Origin: Yuukianura sp. NJ FZ-2021
Taxonomy: Eukaryota
DNA: 64,000 nt
Reading direction: 5' to 3'
Assembly: GCA_046563655.1 (NCBI GenBank)
Contig: CM102286.1
Location: forward strand, 8,494,001 to 8,558,000
The notes beneath the pieces are model-generated. The model saw nothing but the letters and a program-made list of their open reading frames with translations, was not told the origin of the DNA and searched no databases. A program made the translations under genes and the position numbers. How positions within the stretch are numbered: position 1 is the stretch's first letter; every line of letters starts with the position of its first letter. This document shows, piece by piece, positions 9,701 to 22,361 of this stretch.

Positions 9701-12700
9701 ATGACTTTTTGGTGAGTTATAAATGAAAAAAAATGGATTTTTCGGAGAAAAATTTAGCTTGGAACACTTCAGATTTTCTTTCACAAGCATAATTTCGGTT
9801 TGCAATTTTGACTCCTCAGATAGCCCAGAATGACTTTTTGGTGAGTTATAAATGAAAAAGAATGGATTTTTCGGAGAAAAATTGAGTTTGGAACACTTCA
9901 GATGGGCTTTCAGAAGCATAATTTCGGTTTGCAATTTTGACTCCTCAGATAGCCCAGAATGACTTTTTGAAGAGTATTTAATGAAAAAAATAATTTTTTG
10001 GTGAAAAATTGAGTCTGGAACACTTCAGATGGGCTTTCACAAGCATAATTTCGGTTTGCAATTTTGACTCCTCAGATAGCCCAGAATGACTTTTTGGTGA
10101 GTTATAAATGAAAAAGAATGGATTTTTCGGAGAAAAAGTGAGTTTGGAACACTTCAGATGGGCTTTCAGAAGCATAATTTCGGTTTGCAATTTTGACTCC
10201 TCAGATAGCCCAGAATGACTTTTTGGTGAGTTATAAATGAAAAAGAATGGATTTTTCGGAGAAAAATTTAGCTTGGAACACTTCAGATTGGCTTTCACAA
10301 GCATAATTTTGGTTTGCAATTTTGACTCCTCAGATAGCCCAGAATGACTTTTTGGTGAGTTATAAATGAAAAAGAATGGATTTTTCGGAGAAAAATTGAG
10401 CTTGGAACACTTCAGATGGGCTTTCAGAAGCATAATTTCGGTTTGCAATTTTGACTCCTCAGATAGCCCAGAATGACTTTTTGGTGAGTTATAAATGAAA
10501 AAAAATGGATTTTTCGGAGAAAAATTTAGCTTGGAACACTTCAGATTTTCTTTCACAAGCATAATTTCGGTTTGCAATTTTGACTCCTCAGATAGCCCAG
10601 AATGACTTTTTGGTGAGTTATAAATGAAAAAGAATGGATTTTTCGGAGAAAAAGTGAGTTTGGAACACTTCAGATGGGCTTTCAGAAGCATAATTTCGGT
10701 TTGCAATTTTGACTCCTCAGATAGCCCAGAATGACTTTTTGAAGAGTATTTAATGAAAAAAATGATTTTTTGGTGAAAAATTGAGTCTGGAACACTTCAG
10801 ATGGGCTTTCACAAGCATAATTTCGGTTTGCAATTTTGACTCCTCAGATAGCCCAGAATGACTTTTTGGTGAGTTATAAATGAAAAAGAATGGATTTTTC
10901 GGAGAAAAAGTGAGTTTGGAACACTTCAGATGGGCTTTCAGAAGCATAATTTCGGTTTGCAATTTTGACTCCTCAGATAGCCCAGAATGACTTTTTGGTG
11001 AGTTATAAATGAAAAAGAATGGATTTTTCGGAGAAAAATTTAGCTTGGAACACTTCAGATTGGCTTTCACAAGCATAATTTTGGTTTGCAATTTTCACTC
11101 CTCAGATAGCCCAGAATGACTTTTTGGTGAGTTATAAATGAAAAAGAATGGATTTTTCGGAGAAAAATTGAGCTTGGAACACTTCAGATGGGCTTTCACA
11201 AGCATAATTTCGGTTTGCAATTTTGACTCCTCAGATAGCCCAGAATGACTTTTTGGTGAGTTTTAAATGAAAAAAAATGGATTTTTCGGAGAAAAATTTA
11301 GCTTGGAACACTTCAGATTGGCTTTCACAAGCATAATTTCGGTTTGCAATTTTGACTCCTCAGATAGCCCAGAATGACTTTTTGGTGAGTTATAAATGAA
11401 AAAGAATGGATTTTTCGGAGAAAAATTTAGCTTGGAACACTTCAGATGGGCTTTCAGAAGCATAATTTCGGTTTGCAATTTTGACTCCTCAGATAGCCCA
11501 GAATGACTTTTTGGTGAGTTATAAATGAAAAAGAATGGATTTTTCGGAGAAAAAGTGAGTTTGGAACACTTCAGATGGGCTTTCAGAAGCATAATTTCGG
11601 TTTGCAATTTTGACTCCTCAGATAGCCCAGAATGACCTTTTGAAGAGTATTTAATGAAAAAAATGGATTTTTTGGTGAAAAATTGAGTCTGGAACACTTC
11701 AGATGGGCTTTCACAAGCATAATTTCGGTTTGCAATTTTGACTCCTCAGATAGCCCAGAATGACTTTTTGGTGAGTTATAAATGAAAAAGAATGGATTTT
11801 TCGGAGAAAAATTTAGCTTGGAACACTTCAGATTGGCTTTCACAAGCATTATTTCGGTTTGCAATTTTGACTCCTCAGATAGCCCAGAATGACTTTTTGG
11901 TGAGTTATAAATGAAAAAGAATGGATTTTTCGGAGAAAAATTTAGCTTGGAACACTTCAGATGGGCTTTCAGAAGCATAATTTCGGTTTGCAATTTTGAC
12001 TCCTCAGATAGCCCAGAATGACTTTTTGGTGAGTTATAAATGAAAAAGAATGGATTTTTCGGAGAAAAATTTAGCTTGGAACACTTCAGATGGGCTTTCA
12101 GAAGCATAATTTCGGTTTGCAATTTTGACTCCTCAGATAGCCCAGAATGACCTTTTGAAGAGTATTTAATGAAAAAAATGATTTTTTGGTGAAAAATTGA
12201 GTCTGGAACACTTCAGATGGGCTTTCACAAGCATAATTTCGGTTTGCAATTTTGACTCCTCAGATAGCCCAGAATGACTTTTTGGTGAGTTATAAATGAA
12301 AAAGAATGGATTTTTCGGAGAAAAATTTAGCTTGGAACACTTCAGATGGGCTTTCAGAAGCATAATTTCGGTTTGCAATTTTGACTCCTCAGATAGCCCA
12401 GAATGACTTTTTGGTGAGTTATAAATGAAAAAGAATGGATTTTTCGGAGAAAAATTTAGCTTGGAACACTTCAGATGGGCTTTCAGAAGCATAATTTCGG
12501 TTTGCAATTTTGACTCCTCAGATAGCCCAGAATGACTTTTTGGTGAGTTTTAAATGAAAAAAATGGATTTTTCGGAGAAAAATTGAGCTTGGAACACTTC
12601 AGATGGGCTTTCACAAGCATAATTTCGGTTTGCAATTTTGACTCCTCAGATAGCCCAGAATGACTTTTTGGTGAGTTATAAATGAAAAAGAATGGATTTT

Positions 12701-15700
12701 TCGGAGAAAAATTTAGCTTGGAACACTTCAGATGGGCTTTCAGAAGCATAATTTCGGTTTGCAATTTTGACTCCTCAGATAGCCCAGAATGACTTTTTGG
12801 TGAGTTATAAATGAAAAAGAATGGATTTTTCGGAGAAAAATTTAGCTTGGAACACTTCAGATGGGCTTTCAGAAGCATAATTTCGGTTTGCAATTTTGAC
12901 TCCTCAGATAGCCCAGAATGACTTTTTGGTGAGTTATAAATGAAAAAGAATGGATTTTTCGGAGAAAAATTTAGCTTGGAACACTTCAGATGGGCTTTCA
13001 GAAGCATAATTTCGGTTTGCAATTTTGACTCCTCAGATAGCCCAGAATGACTTTTTGGTGAGTTTTAAATGAAAAAAATGGATTTTTCGGAGAAAAATTG
13101 AGCTTGGAACACTTCAGATGGGCTTTCACAAGCATAATTTCGGTTTGCAATTTTGACTCCTCAGATAGCCCAGAATGACTTTTTGGTGAGTTATAAATGA
13201 AAAAGAATGGATTTTTCGGAGAAAAATTTAGCTTGGAACACTTCAGATGGGCTTTCAGAAGCATAATTTCGGTTTGCAATTTTGACTCCTCAGATAGCCC
13301 AGAATGACTTTTTGGTGAGTTATAAATGAAAAAGAATGGATTTTTCGGAGAAAAATTTAGCTTGGAACACTTCAGATGGGCTTTCAGAAGCATAATTTCG
13401 GTTTGCAATTTTGACTCCTCAGATAGCCCAGAATGACTTTTTGGTGAGTTTTAAATGAAAAAAATGGATTTTTCGGAGAAAAATTGAGCTTGGAACACTT
13501 CAGATGGGCTTTCACAAGCATAATTTCGGTTTGCAATTTTGACTCCTCAGATAGCCCAGAATGACTTTTTGGTGAGTTTTAAATGAAAAAAATGGATTTT
13601 TCGGAGAAAAATTGAGCTTGGAACACTTCAGATGGGCTTTCACAAGCATAATTTCGGTTTGCAATTTTGACTCCTCAGATAGCCCAGAATGACTTTTTGG
13701 TGAGTTATAAATGAAAAAGAATGGATTTTTCGGAGAAAAATTTAGCTTGGAACACTTCAGATGGGCTTTCAGAAGCATAATTTCGGTTTGCAATTTTGAC
13801 TCCTCAGATAGCCCAGAATGACTTTTTGGTGAGTTATAAATGAAAAAGAATGGATTTTTCGGAGAAAAATTTAGCTTGGAACACTTCAGATTGGCTTTCA
13901 CAAGCATTAATTTCGGTTTGCAATTTTGACTCCTCAGATAGCCCAGAATGACTTTTTGGTGAGTTATAAATGAAAAAGAATGGATTTTTCGGAGAAAAAT
14001 TTAGCTTGGAACACTTCAGATGGGCTTTCAGAAGCATAATTTCGGTTTGCAATTTTGACTCCTCAGATAGCCCAGAATGACTTTTTGGTGAGTTATAAAT
14101 GAAAAAGAATGGATTTTTCGGAGAAAAATTTAGCTTGGAACACTTCAGATTGGCTTTCACAAGCATTATTTCGGTTTGCAATTTTGACTCCTCAGATAGC
14201 CCAGAATGACTTTTTGGTGAGTTATAAATGAAAAAGAATGGATTTTTCGGAGAAAAATTTAGCTTGGAACACTTCAGATGGGCTTTCAGAAGCATAATTT
14301 CGGTTTGCAATTTTGACTCCTCAGATAGCCCAGAATGACTTTTTGGTGAGTTATAAATGAAAAAGAATGGATTTTTCGGAGAAAAGGTGAGTTTGGAACA
14401 CTTCAGATGGGCTTTCAGAAGCATAATTTCGGTTTGCAATTTTGACTCCTCAGATAGCCCAGAATGACCTTTTGAAGAGTATTTAATGAAAAAAATGATT
14501 TTTTTGGTGAAAAATTGAGTCTGGAACACTTCAGATGGGCTTTCACAAGCATAATTTCGGTTTGCAATTTTGACTCCTCAGATAGCCCAGAATGACTTTT
14601 TGGTGAGTTATAAATGAAAAAGAATGGATTTTTCGGAGAAAAATTTAGCTTGGAACACTTCAGATGGGCTTTCAGAAGCATAATTTCGGTTTGCAATTTT
14701 GACTCCTCAGATAGCCCAGAATGACTTTTTGGTGAGTTATAAATGAAAAAGAATGGATTTTTCGGAGAAAAATTTAGCTTGGAACACTTCAGATGGGCTT
14801 TCAGAAGCATAATTTCGGTTTGCAATTTTGACTCCTCAGATAGCCCAGAATGACTTTTTGGTGAGTTATAAATGAAAAAGAATGGATTTTTCGGAGAAAA
14901 ATTTAGCTTGGAACACTTCAGATGGGCTTTCAGAAGCATAATTTCGGTTTGCAATTTTGACTCCTCAGATAGCCCAGAATGACTTTTTGGTGAGTTTTAA
15001 ATGAAAAAAATGGATTTTTCGGAGAAAAATTGAGCTTGGAACACTTCAGATGGGCTTTCACAAGCATAATTTCGGTTTGCAATTTTGACTCCTCAGATAG
15101 CCCAGAATGACTTTTTGGTGAGTTTTAAATGAAAAAAATGGATTTTTCGGAGAAAAATTGAGCTTGGAACACTTCAGATGGGCTTTCACAAGCATAATTT
15201 CGGTTTGCAATTTTGACTCCTCAGATAGCCCAGAATGACTTTTTGGTGAGTTATAAATGAAAAAGAATGGATTTTTCGGAGAAAAATTTAGCTTGGAACA
15301 CTTCAGATTGGCTTTCACAAGCATTATTTCGGTTTGCAATTTTGACTCCTCAGATAGCCCAGAATGACTTTTTGGTGAGTTTTAAATGAAAAAAATGGAT
15401 TTTTCGGAGAAAAATTGAGCTTGGAACACTTCAGATGGGCTTTCACAAGCATAATTTCGGTTTGCAATTTTGACTCCTCAGATAGCCCAGAATGACTTTT
15501 TGGTGAGTTTTAAATGAAAAAAATGGATTTTTCGGAGAAAAATTGAGCTTGGAACACTTCAGATGGGCTTTCACAAGCATAATTTCGGTTTGCAATTTTG
15601 ACTCCTCAGATAGCCCAGAATGACTTTTTGGTGAGTTATAAATGAAAAAGAATGGATTTTTCGGAGAAAAATTTAGCTTGGAACACTTCAGATTGGCTTT

Positions 15701-18700
15701 CACAAGCATAATTTCGGTTTGCAATTTTGACTCCTCAGATAGCCCAGAATGACTTTTTGGTGAGTTATAAATGAAAAAGAATGGATTTTTCGGAGAAAAA
15801 TTTAGCTTGGAACACTTCAGATGGGCTTTCAGAAGCATAATTTCGGTTTGCAATTTTGACTCCTCAGATAGCCCAGAATGACTTTTTGGTGAGTTATAAA
15901 TGAAAAAGAATGGATTTTTCGGAGAAAAATTGAGTTTGGAACACTTCAGATGGGCTTTCAGAAGCATAATTTCGGTTTGCAATTTTGACTCCTCAGATAG
16001 CCCAGAATGACCTTTTGAAGAGTATTTAATGAAAAAAATGATTTTTTGGTGAAAAATTGAGTCTGGAACACTTCAGATGGGCTTTCACAAGCATAATTTC
16101 GGTTTGCAATTTTGACTCCTCAGATAGCCCAGAATGACTTTTTGGTGAGTTATAAATGAAAAAGAATGGATTTTTCGGAGAAAAATTTAGCTTGGAACAC
16201 TTCAGATGGGCTTTCAGAAGCATAATTTCGGTTTGCAATTTTGACTCCTCAGATAGCCCAGAATGACTTTTTGGTGAGTTATAAATGAAAAAGAATGGAT
16301 TTTTCGGAGAAAAATTTAGCTTGGAACACTTCAGATGGGCTTTCACAAGCATAATTTCGGTTTGCAATTTTGACTCCTCAGATAGCCCAGAATGACTTTT
16401 TGGTGAGTTATAAATGAAAAAGAATGGATTTTTCGGAGAAAAATTGAGTTTGGAACACTTCAGATGGGCTTTCAGAAGCATAATTTCGGTTTGCAATTTT
16501 GACTCCTCAGATAGCCCAGAATGACCTTTTGAAGAGTATTTAATGAAAAAAATGGATTTTTTGGTGAAAAATTGAGTCTGGAACACTTCAGATGGGCTTT
16601 CACAAGCATAATTTCGGTTTGCAATTTTGACTCCTCAGATAGCCCAGAATGACTTTTTGGTGAGTTATAAATGAAAAAGAATGGATTTTTCGGAGAAAAA
16701 GTGAGTTTGGAACACTTCAGATGGGCTTTCAGAAGCATAATTTCGGTTTGCAATTTTGACTCCTCAGATAGCCCAGAATGACTTTTTGGTGAGTTATAAA
16801 TGAAAAAGAATGGATTTTTCGGAGAAAAATTTAGCTTGGAACACTTCAGATTGGCTTTCACAAGCATAATTTCGGTTTGCAATTTTGACTCCTCAGATAG
16901 CCCAGAATGACTTTTTGGTGAGTTATAAATGAAAAAGAATGGATTTTTCGGAGAAAAATTGAGCTTGGAACACTTCAGATGGGCTTTCACAAGCATAATT
17001 TCGGTTTGCAATTTTGACTCCTCAGATAGCCCAGAATGACTTTTTGGTGAGTTTTAAATGAAAAAGAATGGATTTTTCGGAGAAAAATTTAGCTTGGAAC
17101 ACTTCAGATTGGCTTTCACAAGCATTATTTCGGTTTGCAATTTTGACTCCTCAGATAGCCCAGAATGACTTTTTGGTGAGTTATAAATGAAAAAGAATGG
17201 ATTTTTCGGAGAAAAATTTAGCTTGGAACACTTCAGATGGGCTTTCAGAAGCATAATTTCGGTTTGCAATTTTGACTCCTCAGATAGCCCAGAATGACTT
17301 TTTGGTGAGTTATAAATGAAAAAGAATGGATTTTTCGGAGAAAAAGTGAGTTTGGAACACTTCAGATGGGCTTTCAGAAGCATAATTTCGGTTTGCAATT
17401 TTGACTCCTCAGATAGCCCAGAATGACCTTTTGAAGAGTATTTAATGAAAAAAATGGATTTTTTGGTGAAAAATTGAGTCTGGAACACTTCAGATGGGCT
17501 TTCACAAGCATAATTTCGGTTTGCAATTTTGACTCCTCAGATAGCCCAGAATGACTTTTTGGTGAGTTATAAATGAAAAAGAATGGATTTTTCGGAGAAA
17601 AATTTAGCTTGGAACACTTCAGATTGGCTTTCACAAGCATTATTTCGGTTTGCAATTTTGACTCCTCAGATAGCCCAGAATGACTTTTTGGTGAGTTATA
17701 AATGAAAAAGAATGGATTTTTCGGAGAAAAATTTAGCTTGGAACACTTCAGATGGGCTTTCAGAAGCATAATTTCGGTTTGCAATTTTGACTCCTCAGAT
17801 AGCCCAGAATGACTTTTTGGTGAGTTATAAATGAAAAAGAATGGATTTTTCGGAGAAAAGGTGAGTTTGGAACACTTCAGATGGGCTTTCAGAAGCATAA
17901 TTTCGGTTTGCAATTTTGACTCCTCAGATAGCCCAGAATGACCTTTTGAAGAGTATTTAATGAAAAAAATGGATTTTTTGGTGAAAAATTGAGTCTGGAA
18001 CACTTCAGATGGGCTTTCACAAGCATAATTTCGGTTTGCAATTTTGACTCCTCAGATAGCCCAGAATGACTTTTTGGTGAGTTATAAATGAAAAAGAATG
18101 GATTTTTCGGAGAAAAATTTAGCTTGGAACACTTCAGATGGGCTTTCAGAAGCATAATTTCGGTTTGCAATTTTGACTCCTCAGATAGCCCAGAATGACT
18201 TTTTGGTGAGTTATAAATGAAAAAGAATGGATTTTTCGGAGAAAAATTTAGCTTGGAACACTTCAGATGGGCTTTCAGAAGCATAATTTCGGTTTGCAAT
18301 TTTGACTCCTCAGATAGCCCAGAATGACTTTTTGGTGAGTTTTAAATGAAAAAAATGGATTTTTCGGAGAAAAATTGAGCTTGGAACACTTCAGATGGGC
18401 TTTCACAAGCATAATTTCGGTTTGCAATTTTGACTCCTCAGATAGCCCAGAATGACTTTTTGGTGAGTTATAAATGAAAAAGAATGGATTTTTCGGAGAA
18501 AAATTTAGCTTGGAACACTTCAGATGGGCTTTCAGAAGCATAATTTCGGTTTGCAATTTTGACTCCTCAGATAGCCCAGAATGACTTTTTGGTGAGTTAT
18601 AAATGAAAAAGAATGGATTTTTCGGAGAAAAATTTAGCTTGGAACACTTCAGATGGGCTTTCAGAAGCATAATTTCGGTTTGCAATTTTGACTCCTCAGA

Positions 18701-21700
18701 TAGCCCAGAATGACTTTTTGGTGAGTTTTAAATGAAAAAAATGGATTTTTCGGAGAAAAATTGAGCTTGGAACACTTCAGATGGGCTTTCACAAGCATAA
18801 TTTCGGTTTGCAATTTTGACTCCTCAGATAGCCCAGAATGACTTTTTGGTGAGTTTTAAATGAAAAAAATGGATTTTTCGGAGAAAAATTGAGCTTGGAA
18901 CACTTCAGATGGGCTTTCACAAGCATAATTTCGGTTTGCAATTTTGACTCCTCAGATAGCCCAGAATGACTTTTTGGTGAGTTATAAATGAAAAAGAATG
19001 GATTTTTCGGAGAAAAATTTAGCTTGGAACACTTCAGATGGGCTTTCAGAAGCATAATTTCGGTTTGCAATTTTGACTCCTCAGATAGCCCAGAATGACT
19101 TTTTGGTGAGTTATAAATGAAAAAGAATGGATTTTTCGGAGAAAAATTTAGCTTGGAACACTTCAGATTGGGCTTTCACAAGCATTAATTTCGGTTTGCA
19201 ATTTTGACTCCTCAGATAGCCCAGAATGACTTTTTGGTGAGTTATAAATGAAAAAGAATGGATTTTTCGGAGAAAAATTTAGCTTGGAACACTTCAGATG
19301 GGCTTTCAGAAGCATAATTTCGGTTTGCAATTTTGACTCCTCAGATAGCCCAGAATGACTTTTTGGTGAGTTATAAATGAAAAAGAATGGATTTTTCGGA
19401 GAAAAATTTAGCTTGGAACACTTCAGATTGGCTTTCACAAGCACTATTTCGGTTTGCAATTTTGACTCCTCAGATAGCCCAGAATGACTTTTTGGTGAGT
19501 TATAAATGAAAAAGAATGGATTTTTCGGAGAAAAATTTAGCTTGGAACACTTCAGATGGGCTTTCAGAAGCATAATTTCGGTTTGCAATTTTGACTCCTC
19601 AGATAGCCCAGAATGACTTTTTGGTGAGTTATAAATGAAAAAGAATGGATTTTTCGGAGAAAAAGTGAGTTTGGAACACTTCAGATGGGCTTTCAGAAGC
19701 ATAATTTCGGTTTGCAATTTTGACTCCTCAGATAGCCCAGAATGACCTTTTGAAGAGTATTTAATGAAAAAAATGGATTTTTCGGAGAAAAATTGAGTCT
19801 GGAACACTTCAGATGGGCTTTCACAAGCATAATTTCGGTTTGCAATTTTGACTCCTCAGATAGCCCAGAATGACTTTTTGGTGAGTTATAAATGAAAAAG
19901 AATGGATTTTTCGGAGAAAAATTTAGCTTGGAACACTTCAGATGGGCTTTCAGAAGCATAATTTCGGTTTGCAATTTTGACTCCTCAGATAGCCCAGAAT
20001 GACTTTTTGGTGAGTTATAAATGAAAAAGAATGGATTTTTCGGAGAAAAATTTAGCTTGGAACACTTCAGATGGGCTTTCAGAAGCATAATTTCGGTTTG
20101 CAATTTTGACTCCTCAGATAGCCCAGAATGACTTTTTGGTGAGTTATAAATGAAAAAGAATGGATTTTTCGGAGAAAAATTTAGCTTGGAACACTTCAGA
20201 TGGGCTTTCAGAAGCATAATTTCGGTTTGCAATTTTGACTCCTCAGATAGCCCAGAATGACTTTTTGGTGAGTTTTAAATGAAAAAAATGGATTTTTCGG
20301 AGAAAAATTGAGCTTGGAACACTTCAGATGGGCTTTCACAAGCATAATTTCGGTTTGCAATTTTGACTCCTCAGATAGCCCAGAATGACTTTTTGGTGAG
20401 TTTTAAATGAAAAAAATGGATTTTTCGGAGAAAAATTGAGCTTGGAACACTTCAGATGGGCTTTCACAAGCATAATTTCGGTTTGCAATTTTGACTCCTC
20501 AGATAGCCCAGAATGACTTTTTGGTGAGTTATAAATGAAAAAGAATGGATTTTTCGGAGAAAAATTTAGCTTGGAACACTTCAGATTGGCTTTCACAAGC
20601 ATAATTTCGGTTTGCAATTTTGACTCCTCAGATAGCCCAGAATGACTTTTTGGTGAGTTATAAATGAAAAAGAATGGATTTTTCGGAGAAAAATTTAGCT
20701 TGGAACACTTCAGATGGGCTTTCAGAAGCATAATTTCGGTTTGCAATTTTGACTCCTCAGATAGCCCAGAATGACTTTTTGGTGAGTTATAAATGAAAAA
20801 GAATGGATTTTTCGGAGAAAAAGTGAGTTTGGAACACTTCAGATGGGCTTTCAGAAGCATAATTTCGGTTTGCAATTTTGACTCCTCAGATAGCCCAGAA
20901 TGACCTTTTGAAGAGTATTTAATGAAAAAAATGGATTTTTTGGTGAAAAATTGAGTCTGGAACACTTCAGATGGGCTTTCACAAGCATAATTTCGGTTTG
21001 CAATTTTGACTCCTCAGATAGCCCAGAATGACTTTTTGGTGAGTTATAAATGAAAAAGAATGGATTTTTCGGAGAAAAATTTAGCTTGGAACACTTCAGA
21101 TGGGCTTTCAGAAGCATAATTTCGGTTTGCAATTTTGACTCCTCAGATAGCCCAGAATGACCTTTTGGTGAGTTTTAAATGAAAAAAATGGATTTTTCGG
21201 AGAAAAATTGAGTTTGGAACACTTCAGATGGGCTTTCACAAGCATAATTTCGGTTTGCAATTTTGACTCCTCAGATAGCCCAGAATGACTTTTTGGTGAG
21301 TTATAAATGAAAAAGAATGGATTTTTCGGAGAAAAATTTAGCTTGGAACACTTCAGATGGGCTTTCAGAAGCATAATTTCGGTTTGCAATTTTGACTCCT
21401 CAGATAGCCCAGAATGACTTTTTGGTGAGTTATAAATGAAAAAGAATGGATTTTTCGGAGAAAAAGTGAGTTTGGAACACTTCAGATGGGCTTTCAGAAG
21501 CATAATTTCGGTTTGCAATTTTGACTCCTCAGATAGCCCAGAATGACCTTTTGAAGAGTATTTAATGAAAAAAATGGATTTTTCGGAGAAAAATTGAGTC
21601 TGGAACACTTCAGATGGGCTTTCACAAGCATAATTTCGGTTTGCAATTTTGACTCCTCAGATAGCCCAGAATGACTTTTTGGTGAGTTATAAATGAAAAA

Positions 21701-22097
21701 GAATGGATTTTTCGGAGAAAAATTTAGCTTGGAACACTTCAGATTGGCTTTCACAAGCATAATTTCGGTTTGCAATTTTGACTCCTCAGATAGCCCAGAA
21801 TGACTTTTTGGTGAGTTTTAAATGAAAAAAATGGATTTTTCGAAGAAAAATTGAGCTTGGAACACTTCAGATGGGCTTTCACAAGCATAATTTCGGTTTG
21901 CAATTTTGACTCCTCAGATAGCCCAGAATGACTTTTTGGTGAGTTATAAATGAAAAAGAATGGATTTTTCGGAGAAAAATTTAGCTTGGAACACTTCAGA
22001 TGGGCTTTCAGAAGCATAATTTCGGTTTGCAATTTTGACTCCTCAGATAGCCCAGAATGACTTTTTGGTGAGTTATAAATGAAAAAGAATGGATTTT
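6782..22097. repeat. 129-bp tandem satellite, block 2
   Basis: Same monomer family with recurring diagnostic variants. Confidence 0.98.
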
Positions 22098-22361
22098 CAA
22101 TCAATCAATCAATCAATTTAGTTTATTTTCCCATTGAGAATAGGTTTTTCAAAATAAACGCCAGTGTTTATGAAAATATACTAACCTATGTGGAAATAAA
22201 GTATTAGGTAATTGGTATTGTATTAGATTATATATTAGAGTTGGTATTATAAAAGTAAAATTTTTAGTATTATAAAAGTAAAATTGTTCTAAAATATTGT
22301 TCAAAGTGTGTTTATGTAAAAGATTTTTTTTAGCTTACAAATAATTTCTATTGTTGTTCGA

